DNA from: Candidatus Geothermarchaeota archaeon
GTDB taxonomy: Archaea; Thermoproteota; Nitrososphaeria; Geothermarchaeales; JDFR-13
Assembly (NCBI GenBank): GCA_015523545.1
Contig: WAKB01000008.1
Location: 6,247 to 70,246 of the forward strand
Length of the DNA stretch: 64,000 bases
Direction of reading: 5' to 3'
The notes below the pieces were generated by a model that did no database searches, was not told where the DNA came from, and saw only the letters and a list, made by a program, of their open reading frames with translations. How positions within the stretch are numbered: position 1 is the first letter of the stretch; every line of letters starts with the position of its first letter. Shown piece after piece: positions 17,886 to 27,114 of this stretch. The translations under genes were made by a program, and so were the position numbers.

Positions 17886-18523
17886 AGTATACACAGGCTC
17901 AGAATAACATCCCCAACCTTCTTCATACCGTCCGCCGCAGACTCCAACATCTTTATGATCTCCATCCACATCAACATCTTGGAACTACTCCTCTCCCTAT
18001 TGAAGACCTCCACCAGGGCCTTCCGATGTAGAAGGTCGATCTCCTCCTCAATCTCTATTATCCTCTCCACCGCCGGGTAGACGGAGGAGATGTTATAGGC
18101 CAGGAAATAGATCGCCTCCCTAAAGGCCTCAACCTCACGGTGGAGAGCATTTACAACCTTCCGTATCCACTCCAGCTCCCACTTAGCCAGGCTAGAGACG
18201 TCGAGGTGTGATAGTCTAAAGGCAGCCCCATCCATCTCATCTACAACATCGCCTATCAAGACTATCAAATTGTAGAAGATGTATGTCTGATCCCCGATGA
18301 AGGGCTTATACCGCATCACCTCGTTTATCAAAGTCTTCTGTATACTATAGACCTCACTATCAAGCCTCCTCACATCCTCATAAAGCGACTTCAGATCCGC
18401 CCCGTCACTCTCATACATAGTCTCGACGATCCGTAGGAGACCCGTAGCCACATCTAGAGTCTTACTGGCCAGGTCTTGAAGATCAGAGACTATCTGCCTC
18501 CTAGCCTCCTGTTCTCTGTACAT
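17882..18523 (-). CDS. DUF47 (PhoU-like helical) family protein
   Basis: Repeated helical blocks with acidic motifs (VRRLDSEVYSI, IGDVVDEMDGAA, IIEIEEEIDLLHRKA, MLESAADGMKKVGD) in DUF47 order. Confidence 0.55.
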   Translation of the reverse strand: MYREQEARRQIVSDLQDLASKTLDVATGLLRIVETMYESDGADLKSLYEDVRRLDSEVYSIQKTLINEVMRYKPFIGDQTYIFYNLIVLIGDVVDEMDGAAFRLSHLDVSSLAKWELEWIRKVVNALHREVEAFREAIYFLAYNISSVYPAVERIIEIEEEIDLLHRKALVEVFNRERSSSKMLMWMEIIKMLESAADGMKKVGDVILSLCIL

Positions 18524-18574
18524 CTCCAGCTCAAGAAATCTAATTATAGGAGGGAGGTAATTAGGGATTGGTAT

Positions 18575-19390
18575 CTACGCCTCCTCCAGGCTCAGAACCA
18601 CATAGTAGGGTAGGAAGAAGATGGGAAGACCCCCTACACACCTCCTCAGGGCTATATAGAGCATGGGATCGGCCATACTCAATACACCCTTATGAGACGG
18701 GGTTCTAACCCTAAGGTATGGACATATAAGATCCATATACTCCTCCGATAGGGGGGATAGGCCCAGACCTATCCTAGGCCCCCATAGACGTACACTCCTA
18801 AGGAAACCTCTCGAGAGAATTGATGAGAAGACCTCGGCCTCCCGGTTGTAGAAGGGATAGGCCGACCTGTAAATATAGAGATCGAGGGGCCGAGGCTTTA
18901 TGAAGACCCTACCCCTCCCCATCAACCTCTCCACGATGGATGAGAGGGTATACGCTCTCCTCCCAACAGCCATCCGGGAATATCTATCCAAAACCAGTAT
19001 TTTGAACCCTTGCTCAAAGGATATACTAGGCCCATCAGTTTCCAGGCTTCTAATCAGCGTAACCAAGCCATCATAGACGGTTAGACCTAGGTCAAGATAT
19101 GGACTTAGAGAATCTATTAATCCCTCGACTATCCTCCTGAAACACTTATCACTATATAGCTCTACGGGTAGTAGAAGCCTATGGGAGCCGTCGATTACAT
19201 CCTCAAACCTTAGAGGCTCATCACCAGCCTCTTCTAACCACCTCTCCCTCACACTTTGATACCACTCACCACAGGCACCGCATAGGTCGCACCACAGGAT
19301 AGATCCTCCACAATCTATGGCCGAGGAGGGAGATAGCAGGTTTGAAGCCACAGGTGCTAGTGGACACTTATCCGAGTCATCCCTCCTCAT
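18575..19390 (-). CDS. hypothetical protein with N-terminal Cys cluster
   Basis: First ATG is at 19390 (the track start is GTG at 19399). N-terminus reads KCP...DCGGSILWCDLCGACGEW. Overlaps the upstream gene by 14 nt. No family recognised. Confidence 0.55.
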   Translation of the reverse strand: MRRDDSDKCPLAPVASNLLSPSSAIDCGGSILWCDLCGACGEWYQSVRERWLEEAGDEPLRFEDVIDGSHRLLLPVELYSDKCFRRIVEGLIDSLSPYLDLGLTVYDGLVTLIRSLETDGPSISFEQGFKILVLDRYSRMAVGRRAYTLSSIVERLMGRGRVFIKPRPLDLYIYRSAYPFYNREAEVFSSILSRGFLRSVRLWGPRIGLGLSPLSEEYMDLICPYLRVRTPSHKGVLSMADPMLYIALRRCVGGLPIFFLPYYVVLSLEEA

Positions 19391-20195
19391 CCATACCACC
19401 TAATAGACCCAGCCCCATAGGCCAGGAGTAGAAGACTAGATTATTGGGAACGTAATCCCTCGAAACCTCAACACTATCCACAATCCTAACCCCACTTACC
19501 AAGTACTTGTCTGATATACTGGGCAACCTATCCATACCACCATCCCATATGGATATTCGGTTCTTATCGACTAAGATGGATAATGCCTTCACTACACGTC
19601 TCCTATCTGCGGCAGAGGCTATGGGAATCACTATAAAGTATCCAGTATCCCCCCTCACTATTGAGAATGGTATCCCAGCCTCCACTAACTGGTTGTATAA
19701 TAACCCCGCCTCCCCACGCGAGACAAGCAGATATATAATACCAGCCTCACCCTTGGACAACCCCTCTACCCTCACATCCAGTATAAGACCATCCTTATAC
19801 TCCTCCGTGATGACATGCCCCTCATCGCCATATACATGTATCGAGGACCCGGGTAGCGGGTTAAACCCTTGGGCCATAAGTCCCCCTACACTCTCCATCG
19901 GATCCCATGGATAGGTAATGTCCATCCATAGTCTACGTCTCACTAGAAACCTTAGTATACTAGCCACCCTAGTCCCCGCCCTAATCCTTAGGAATCTCCT
20001 ATCGATACGTAGGAAGCCGGAGTAGGGAGACATAGATACTAGACGATCCACATACATGTAGTCAGGCCAGGATAGGCCCCTCCCCCACCCGACCACCACA
20101 TAGTCACCAGCAGAGAGGACAGACACATCCCCATGGAATGGAACTATACTCCTAAACCTAATCCTTCCACCCCTGGTAGAGATGCATCCCTCCAT
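19377..20195 (-). CDS. hypothetical protein, possibly a degenerate PCMH-type FAD-binding-like fold
   Basis: ATG ORF of 272 aa. VVVGWGRG...FLRIRAGTRVASILRFL...ESVGGLMAQG loosely follows GlcE/FAD_binding_4 block order. Weak evidence. Confidence 0.5.
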   Translation of the reverse strand: MEGCISTRGGRIRFRSIVPFHGDVSVLSAGDYVVVGWGRGLSWPDYMYVDRLVSMSPYSGFLRIDRRFLRIRAGTRVASILRFLVRRRLWMDITYPWDPMESVGGLMAQGFNPLPGSSIHVYGDEGHVITEEYKDGLILDVRVEGLSKGEAGIIYLLVSRGEAGLLYNQLVEAGIPFSIVRGDTGYFIVIPIASAADRRRVVKALSILVDKNRISIWDGGMDRLPSISDKYLVSGVRIVDSVEVSRDYVPNNLVFYSWPMGLGLLGGMDEEG

Positions 20196-20267
20196 CCAGA
20201 CTCAATACCCCCAGCCAGAATTTAATTAATCGACCCTAAACCGAAAAATATTCCTTAGGTGAGGAGT

Positions 20268-21614
20268 ATGGCCATCCGCCCAGTAGAGGAGAGGTTCGAA
20301 AGGATAGGGTTCCACACCCATATAAAGGGTCTAGGAGTCAGGAATGGGAAGGCAGAGTTCGCGGCTGACGGCATGGTAGGACAGGTGAAGGCTAGGGAGG
20401 CTGCCTACATAATAGTACAGATGATCAAGAAGGGTAAGCTGGCTGGGCGAGCCATACTACTAGCAGGGCCACCAGGGACGGGCAAGACGGCCATAGCACT
20501 AGCTATAGCCAAGGAGTTCGGTAAGGACGTCCCCTTCATAAGCATGAGCGGCAGCGAGATCTACTCCACAGAGCTCAAGAAGACCGAGATACTGATGAGG
20601 GCTATAAGGAAGGCGATAGGTGTGAGGATAAAGGAGTATAAAGAGGTCATAGAGGGAGTAGTTAAAAACATCGAGTACAGCATGACCCAGCACCCATACA
20701 ACCCATACCAGCAGATCCCCGCCAGCGTGAAGCTGACACTAGCCACAGACACGGAGAAGAGGGACTTTACAGGAGACACCAACATAGCGATGGCTCTACT
20801 CCAGCAGAACGTGAGGGAGGGCGACGTCATAATGATAGAGCGGGAGACTGGGAGGGTCACAAAGCTAGGCCGGGCCAGGGAGTATAAGGGTGAGTACGAC
20901 CTAGAGGGGGAGATATATGTCGAGACACCCAGGGGCCCACTGATAAAGGAGAAGGAGTTCGTATACACACTATCTCTACACGAGCTAGACCTGACAAAGG
21001 CTAGAAGCACAGGCGGAGGCGTATTCAGCCTACTATTCGGAGGCGAGAGGGAGGAGATAACCAATGAGACTAGGCAGGAGGTGGATGAGCTCGTCAAGAG
21101 ATGGATAGAGGATGGCAGGGCCGAGATAATACCCGGGGTACTATTCATAGACGAGGTCCACATGCTAGACATAGAGGCATTCGCATTCCTAAACAGGGCA
21201 TTGGAGAGCGAGATGGCCCCCGTAGTTATATTCGCCACCAACAGAGGGATAACCAAGATAAGAGGGACAGACATAGAGTCGCCACACGGCATACCGATAG
21301 ACTTCCTAGACAGACTACTGATCATAACGACGGAGCCCTACAAGGAGGGGGAGATACGGAAGATACTGGAGATCAAGATTAGAGAGGAAGGTATAGAGAT
21401 GGAGGAGGACGCCTTCGAGGAACTCGTAAGGCTAGGAGTGGAGAACAGCCTAAGATACGCCCTCATGCTCCTAGGACCAGTGATGGAGATCGCCGGGCAG
21501 GAAGGGAGGAAGAATGTGGTTAAGACCGATGTAGAGCGGGCCTCAGAGCTCTTCATAGACTATAGAAAGTCGGCAGAGATACTCCGCAACTACGAGAAGG
21601 AGTTCCTCCTATAA
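20268..21614 (+). CDS. TIP49 (RuvB-like AAA+ ATPase, TBP-interacting protein homologue)
   Basis: HTHIKGLG, Walker A GPPGTGKTAIALAIA, FISMSGSEIYS, Walker B VLFIDEVHMLD. ATG 20268 follows AGGTGAGG. Confidence 0.9.
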   Translation: MAIRPVEERFERIGFHTHIKGLGVRNGKAEFAADGMVGQVKAREAAYIIVQMIKKGKLAGRAILLAGPPGTGKTAIALAIAKEFGKDVPFISMSGSEIYSTELKKTEILMRAIRKAIGVRIKEYKEVIEGVVKNIEYSMTQHPYNPYQQIPASVKLTLATDTEKRDFTGDTNIAMALLQQNVREGDVIMIERETGRVTKLGRAREYKGEYDLEGEIYVETPRGPLIKEKEFVYTLSLHELDLTKARSTGGGVFSLLFGGEREEITNETRQEVDELVKRWIEDGRAEIIPGVLFIDEVHMLDIEAFAFLNRALESEMAPVVIFATNRGITKIRGTDIESPHGIPIDFLDRLLIITTEPYKEGEIRKILEIKIREEGIEMEEDAFEELVRLGVENSLRYALMLLGPVMEIAGQEGRKNVVKTDVERASELFIDYRKSAEILRNYEKEFLL

Positions 21615-21658
21615 CCCCCAACCCTAAATATTTATACCCATAGACGGGGAGCTGCCAG

Positions 21659-22438
21659 ATGAATGTGGGACATGGAGACACCATATACCTCTACTCCCCC
21701 GAGAAGTCGAGGGGATGGATAGTCAGGGTGGAGGATGAGAGATTCTCCACAGACCTAGGAACCATAGACCTATCTAAACTAGTGGGCATTGAATATGGAA
21801 CCATTGTCAAGACCAATAAGGGTAGGCCCCTACTCGTAACCAGGCCCGGCCCCAGAGAATTTATTATGCGGGCCAGGAGACCCACACAAATAATATACCC
21901 GAAGGACATAGGCTACATAATCCATGTACTAGGCATAAGGCATAACAGTCGAGTACTCGAGGTAGGTACGGGAAGCGGGGGACTAACCACAGGCATAGCA
22001 TGGATCATGTCCAGTGAAGGAGAGATAACTACCTATGAGAAGAGAGACGATTTCAGGGAGGCTGCCAAGAAGAACCTTGAGAGGATAGGGTACGAGTGTA
22101 AAATACGGTTTAGAGGAGAGTTCCCAGACAATACCCTGGAGAAGGACTACTACGACGCAGCATTCATAGACATAGACACACCATGGACCGCGATACCACA
22201 TGTCCATGGGGCACTAAAGGGTTATGGAAGGATCGGCATACTACTACCAACCTACTCACAGCTAGAGAAGATACACGACACCTTCAAGAAACACTTCGCT
22301 CACATAGAGACCGTAGAGATCTTTCTAAGGAACCTCAGATTCTCAAAAGGGAAGATTAGGCCCGAGTTCAGGATGATAGGATATACAGCGTTACTCGTAA
22401 TAGGAATAAAGAAGGAGGTTGAGGAGCTAACCACCTAG
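21659..22438 (+). CDS. trmI: tRNA (adenine58-N1)-methyltransferase TrmI (Gcd14 family)
   Basis: RRPTQIIYPKDIGYIIHVLGI..SRVLEVGTGSGGLT and FIDIDTPW blocks. Confidence 0.88.
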   Translation: MNVGHGDTIYLYSPEKSRGWIVRVEDERFSTDLGTIDLSKLVGIEYGTIVKTNKGRPLLVTRPGPREFIMRARRPTQIIYPKDIGYIIHVLGIRHNSRVLEVGTGSGGLTTGIAWIMSSEGEITTYEKRDDFREAAKKNLERIGYECKIRFRGEFPDNTLEKDYYDAAFIDIDTPWTAIPHVHGALKGYGRIGILLPTYSQLEKIHDTFKKHFAHIETVEIFLRNLRFSKGKIRPEFRMIGYTALLVIGIKKEVEELTT

Positions 22439-22795
22439 GATCAATATAGCGATAATCAGGCCATAGATAGCTACACCCTCACCCAGACCAGCCAAAATAA
22501 GTACCCAGACAGCCAGCTCAGGACGCTCAACCAGAGCAGCGCTACCTGCACTGGTGGCTCCATACAGGGCTACACCAGCACCTATAGTAGACCCAGCTAC
22601 AGCCAGCCCAGCGCCCAGATACTTCATACCCGCATCGGCAGCCGCAGCAGCCTCACCAGCAGCCGGATCCTCAGCCGCTAGGACGAAGGTCATGAAACCA
22701 CCTATCACCACCAGTGCGAGTGCCAAGTTGAAGAGGATACCCATCACAGTCGTCTTCCTAGGATTCCTAACCAACCTCCATACGAACTCGATCAT
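22427..22795 (-). CDS. atpK: A-type ATP synthase proteolipid subunit K (c) with N-terminal extension
   Basis: C-terminal hairpin GAGLAVAGSTIGAGVALYG...LAGLGEGVAIYGLIIAILI carries the ion-binding Glu. About 56 aa precede it, comprising a TM span plus an Ala-rich linker. Confidence 0.85.
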   Translation of the reverse strand: MIEFVWRLVRNPRKTTVMGILFNLALALVVIGGFMTFVLAAEDPAAGEAAAAADAGMKYLGAGLAVAGSTIGAGVALYGATSAGSAALVERPELAVWVLILAGLGEGVAIYGLIIAILILGG

Positions 22796-22876
22796 CTGCC
22801 AACCACCCTAAGGCATTGAATTATGTGAATAATATGGCTATGCCATATAAAATAATATAAAGAGGTGGTATAGACC

Positions 22877-24817
22877 TCACAGCCGTAAGGGCCTGAATAG
22901 TAAACCCTCGTCCCTGTAGAACTTCGTCGAAAACTCGTAGTACAGTAGCCTTATGGATTGAATGCCCGCGGCAAAGCCTTCAATAACTAGTCCGATGATG
23001 TTGAAGAATATGTAAGCAGGTATGGTGCCTACAAGGCCACTGAATACTATGGCAGCCTCACCTAACGCCTCATGCCCAATAGCAAAAGCTCCCAGCCTGA
23101 TATAGGATACTGAGTTAGTCAGGTATGATATGAACATCTCGACGAATTCCTGTAACCCCTCTACCAAGGTCATAGATATGGGCTTACCCTCACCATGAAC
23201 AATATTCTCTATAGTTGGCTTCATATATACAAGCGCCAAGAGACCTATCTCTAGCAACGTGAAGGGAAGTAGATCTTCCCTAACAAACACTGATAAAGTG
23301 AGGCCTCCTGTGACAAAGTTTATTGCTAGGTAGATTCCGACGACGAAGTATATCAGCCCAGCCAAACCCTTCCAACTCAAGAATGCCTCTAGATACTCCC
23401 CGTTCTTCAAGTCTATGATTATATTCAGAACTACTCCTATAACGAGCTGTACCAATCCAAAAATAATGGCTATCACACTAATCCCTAGAGTGTCTTTTAT
23501 AGGACTTATCCAAAGTGGCTTAGAGATTGAAATCAAAAATGCTTTACCGTAGATAAAGCCAAATATTACAGCCATCATCCCTGCCGAAATCAGCATATAT
23601 CCCAAACTGTTTATACCACTAACCGAGAGCCCCAAGGCAGGCCTCTTAACTCTGGTGAGGAATGCCCCAATAATCATAAGTATGATGCCCTCGCCTATTC
23701 CTCCGAACATAAAACCATACATTATAAGAAAGAGAACCGTGTAGAGGGGGGTGGGATCGAACTCGAAGTAGTTGGGTATACCTCTCTTCCGCGTCAACAC
23801 TTCTAATTTTCCAAAGATACTTGGATTTCTTAGTAGGGTTGGAGGCTCTACACCTTCTTCGTGACTAGGCTCTTCATACTCTATATAGAACTTCTCCCCC
23901 AACACACTCCTCACGGCCGCTACAAGATCGTCATACCTATCCTTGGGGACCCATCCCCGATACACAGCGAAGTTCTTGGTATAGGTTATAGAGCTGTACA
24001 CCCTCTCCATAAACCTGAAGAACCGTTTATAGGCTAGTACAGATCTCAAGAACTCCTCTATCTCCCCACGCAACTCCCTAGCCTCCCCCCAGAGCCTAGA
24101 GAGCTCCTCCTCTATCTGCTTAACCACCTTGGACGGATCGCCCTTAAACTCCTCTGGGAAACGGATCTCCTCAAAGTTCAGGGCAGATAGATAGTTCAGA
24201 ATCTCATCCTTATCCTCCACGCTACCGGCCAAGACTATAAAATAGTCCTTCCTAACCCCCTCAAACACGTTGAGAATCACGTTATAAGGCTTGAGATAAT
24301 CCCTAAGGAGGGGTAGGTTCTGCACCGGTAGGAGACCTGTCCTGATGAATATATGTGTATAGTCCCCAGCCACATCCACCGGAATCCCATACTTCTCGAA
24401 TAGCTTTGCATAAACCAGGATATTCTTAAGCTGGGTAACCCTCTTATTCACCTCGTCAACACGTGCGGTATAGGAGTTTAGACGCCCCTCCACCTCCTCT
24501 ATAAAGGCCGCAGCCTCCTCCTTACTGAGAACCTTCTGCTCAGGCTCATCAGGAGGCGACAACACCTCACGTATCTTACTACCAAGGCCACGCTTTTCCT
24601 CCTCGGTATACTCGGAGAGACTGTTGATAAGGACATTCGCCCTGTCCAGGACCCTCCAATACCTATTGGCAAGCTCAACCTCCTCCCTAACACTGGTAAC
24701 AGCCTCCTGACTAGTGAGCTGAACAGCACCCAGCCTAGCAATAGCCTTCGAAACGTCCTCCTCCCTGTCCATTGGCACAGCTAGGTAAAACTTATACATC
24801 CGGACAGGCCTAAACAT
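22877..24817 (-). CDS. atpI: A-type ATP synthase subunit I (a)
   Basis: About 646 aa. Cytoplasmic coiled N-domain plus C-terminal multi-TM domain with the conserved YIRLGAFAIGHE Arg motif. First ATG is at 24817. Confidence 0.9.
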   Translation of the reverse strand: MFRPVRMYKFYLAVPMDREEDVSKAIARLGAVQLTSQEAVTSVREEVELANRYWRVLDRANVLINSLSEYTEEEKRGLGSKIREVLSPPDEPEQKVLSKEEAAAFIEEVEGRLNSYTARVDEVNKRVTQLKNILVYAKLFEKYGIPVDVAGDYTHIFIRTGLLPVQNLPLLRDYLKPYNVILNVFEGVRKDYFIVLAGSVEDKDEILNYLSALNFEEIRFPEEFKGDPSKVVKQIEEELSRLWGEARELRGEIEEFLRSVLAYKRFFRFMERVYSSITYTKNFAVYRGWVPKDRYDDLVAAVRSVLGEKFYIEYEEPSHEEGVEPPTLLRNPSIFGKLEVLTRKRGIPNYFEFDPTPLYTVLFLIMYGFMFGGIGEGIILMIIGAFLTRVKRPALGLSVSGINSLGYMLISAGMMAVIFGFIYGKAFLISISKPLWISPIKDTLGISVIAIIFGLVQLVIGVVLNIIIDLKNGEYLEAFLSWKGLAGLIYFVVGIYLAINFVTGGLTLSVFVREDLLPFTLLEIGLLALVYMKPTIENIVHGEGKPISMTLVEGLQEFVEMFISYLTNSVSYIRLGAFAIGHEALGEAAIVFSGLVGTIPAYIFFNIIGLVIEGFAAGIQSIRLLYYEFSTKFYRDEGLLFRPLRL

Positions 24818-24913
24818 CAACCTACCCCCCTCAGAGGCTTTGTAGACCCTTTATAAGCCACATATAGTTAAAGGTAGGTTTATATACATTAACGGCCACC
24901 GTGGTGTTGAGGT

Positions 24914-25474
24914 ATGGACAAGAGGGACACAGGCATATTACTTGTACTAGCCCCGCTAATAACCACCATAGCCAGGGCTCTCTACCAATATACATTGACG
25001 ACCGACCCATTAGACATCTTAATAGCCGTTGGAAGCGACCCCATACTCTTCATAGTCAACATAGGCATATACCTCCTAGGGGGGTACCTGGTAGTTACGG
25101 GCTCCTCACAAGACGTGAGGGATCTATGGATAAACATACTCTACTTCATAATCCCGACAATAATCTTCCTAGGACATGTGCTCTACATTGCAATGGTGGC
25201 TGGAGTGGCTAGGCTAACCCTACTCGTCGAGACCGCCCAGTTCCCCCTATACTTCGCCTTCGTCACTATACTCACAGGATTAGTCGTCCTACTATCCAAG
25301 GGTACTCCCAACAAGCCCGGCCTACTATATGGTGCGAGCTTCCTCGCACTAGTGCTGCTATACGGAGTAGTGAGGATCGCCATAGGAATAGTGGCACCAA
25401 TAGTCTATGCCTTCATAGGGCTGGCCATAGCCATGGCCATAATCCTAACCAAGAAACTGTTTGAGCAGGATTAG
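24914..25474 (+). CDS. multi-pass membrane protein, function unknown
   Basis: 186 aa with about 6 hydrophobic spans. Lies on the opposite strand between the two ATP synthase blocks. Confidence 0.6.
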   Translation: MDKRDTGILLVLAPLITTIARALYQYTLTTDPLDILIAVGSDPILFIVNIGIYLLGGYLVVTGSSQDVRDLWINILYFIIPTIIFLGHVLYIAMVAGVARLTLLVETAQFPLYFAFVTILTGLVVLLSKGTPNKPGLLYGASFLALVLLYGVVRIAIGIVAPIVYAFIGLAIAMAIILTKKLFEQD

Positions 25475-26505
25475 AAGATAGGTATCTCAGACGGGTCTAG
25501 ACCAAGCTCCTTAGCCGTTGCTATCGTGGATAGGTTGATATATTCATACTCCGCCGAGTATAGATACCACAGTACATATACCATATCGAGGGGCTTCTTC
25601 CTACCTATAGACCTGAAGTACTCTGCGAACCCCCTCTTCACAGCCCTATAGAGCTCCACCACACTCCCCTTCTCAACAGCCTCCTCAATATATTGAGCCA
25701 GCCATGAGAATCTCGACCCCCTAATAACACCTACCACGGTATCCTCTCTACTCCTCAACAAGTCGTTGACAAACTCTGGGGAGACTCCTAGCCCCTTACT
25801 GATCATACCCGTATACTTCTCGAAGACGGCCATCGGTGAGCCGAGGAACTTCATAGCCAGCACATTGTAGACGAGGGATGCTGCATACTCATTCCTGATA
25901 ACCTCGGATATGCTCTTAGCAGAGGGTAGCTTGGTCGCTGCCTCCAGGGTATTCGTGAAGTATATGTTCTCTACAAGGAGCTCTATGGGATATGTTGAGC
26001 CCATACTCTTAGCCATTGGGAAGGCATCTACCGCCTCCCTATATGGAGAGGGGGCTAGGTGGAAGGAGACGTCGTCTAGAGTCTTAACGTTGACAACGTC
26101 CGAGAAGTTGATGGTCTCGAACTCCCTAGAGAGTGGTAGTAGATCCTCCAGGGATATGGGCTTATCACCCATCTTAGCCCTCAGAACCCTCTTAAGATTC
26201 TCAACCTCCACCCTACCCAGATACTCGGTTAGGAAGGCCCTAAACCTACCGGAAGTGATCCTAGTGAGGTGTACAAGCCTATCCACATATACCGAGGCGA
26301 ATACCCTGGAGAGGCTCTTAGCATCAACCGACTCCTTATCAAGCCCACCAAGCCACCTCACATAATCCCCCTTGCTCACGTTCTCCAGGAACCCCTTGAG
26401 ATCACTCGTCTTAGCTAGGGACTCTATCTCCTCCTGCTTTAATAGATGGGTGGCCAAGCCATGGGCACGGCTCACGAGGTAGATATAGCTGGAGGACTTG
26501 AGCAT
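25471..26505 (-). CDS. atpC: A-type ATP synthase subunit C (V-type d homologue)
   Basis: Length of about 344 aa and position after atpD. All-helical with the YIYLVSRAHGL N-terminus. First ATG at 26505 lies 1 nt after the atpD stop. Confidence 0.8.
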   Translation of the reverse strand: MLKSSSYIYLVSRAHGLATHLLKQEEIESLAKTSDLKGFLENVSKGDYVRWLGGLDKESVDAKSLSRVFASVYVDRLVHLTRITSGRFRAFLTEYLGRVEVENLKRVLRAKMGDKPISLEDLLPLSREFETINFSDVVNVKTLDDVSFHLAPSPYREAVDAFPMAKSMGSTYPIELLVENIYFTNTLEAATKLPSAKSISEVIRNEYAASLVYNVLAMKFLGSPMAVFEKYTGMISKGLGVSPEFVNDLLRSREDTVVGVIRGSRFSWLAQYIEEAVEKGSVVELYRAVKRGFAEYFRSIGRKKPLDMVYVLWYLYSAEYEYINLSTIATAKELGLDPSEIPIF

Positions 26506-26506
26506 C

Positions 26507-27112
26507 CTACTTCTCCCTCCTCTCAACGATGAACTTTGTACGCACGAACTCCGACAGCTCCTCCTCCATGATACGCTCCTCGATATATTTTATGAGCTCC
26601 TCATACGAGGGAATTATAATCTTCTGTAGAGCGTTCACCTTCCTAGCAGTATTCATAAGGTCGTATGCCAAAGCCTCAATCTTATTCTCCACGACCGACA
26701 TCTCGAGAAGATCCATAAAGACCTTGTGGAACTCTATGGCCAGCTCCTTGATCGCGGGATTGGGGATAGCCTCCACATTAGGCGGTGAGACCAGCTCCAC
26801 ATCATACTCCTCAATACCCATGATAAGCCTCCTCTGAAGCCTAGTCTCAACCTTAGGGACGACCATGGATGACGACCGGAACTCTTCATAGCCCTGGTCC
26901 ACCAACACCTTCACAAACTTCTTATAAACCTCTGTAAACCTAGACTCTATCTCCTCCCTCCCCTTAAGCAGGGGTAACAGTCTATTCAGCTCACTAGCAA
27001 CCTTATCCCTCTTCATCTCGAGGATCTGTGTACTCTTCTTAATGAACTGGAGCTGTTTACGAACCTCTAGGAGCGCACCCCTACTGGCCGATACACCCAT
27101 CAACGAGCTCAT
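26507..27112 (-). CDS. atpD: A-type ATP synthase subunit D
   Basis: The N-terminus SRGALLEVRKQLQFIKKSTQILEMKRDKV is the typical D-subunit coiled coil. 201 aa. Confidence 0.9.
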   Translation of the reverse strand: MSSLMGVSASRGALLEVRKQLQFIKKSTQILEMKRDKVASELNRLLPLLKGREEIESRFTEVYKKFVKVLVDQGYEEFRSSSMVVPKVETRLQRRLIMGIEEYDVELVSPPNVEAIPNPAIKELAIEFHKVFMDLLEMSVVENKIEALAYDLMNTARKVNALQKIIIPSYEELIKYIEERIMEEELSEFVRTKFIVERREK

Positions 27113-27114
27113 GG

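Noticed and set aside
20561-21325. Long antisense ORFs opposite strong genes. Examples: 20561..21325 opposite TIP49; 42374..42934 opposite gatE; 54723..55100, 55845..56405 and 56793..57311 opposite smc; 2466..3071 and 3241..3696 opposite the AdkA-like gene.
   Set aside because: Their products are S/L/P/R-rich low-complexity strings with no motifs. They are the expected mirror image of purine-rich (GAR/AAR-rich) sense strands that lack stop complements. The sense genes all carry unambiguous family signatures.
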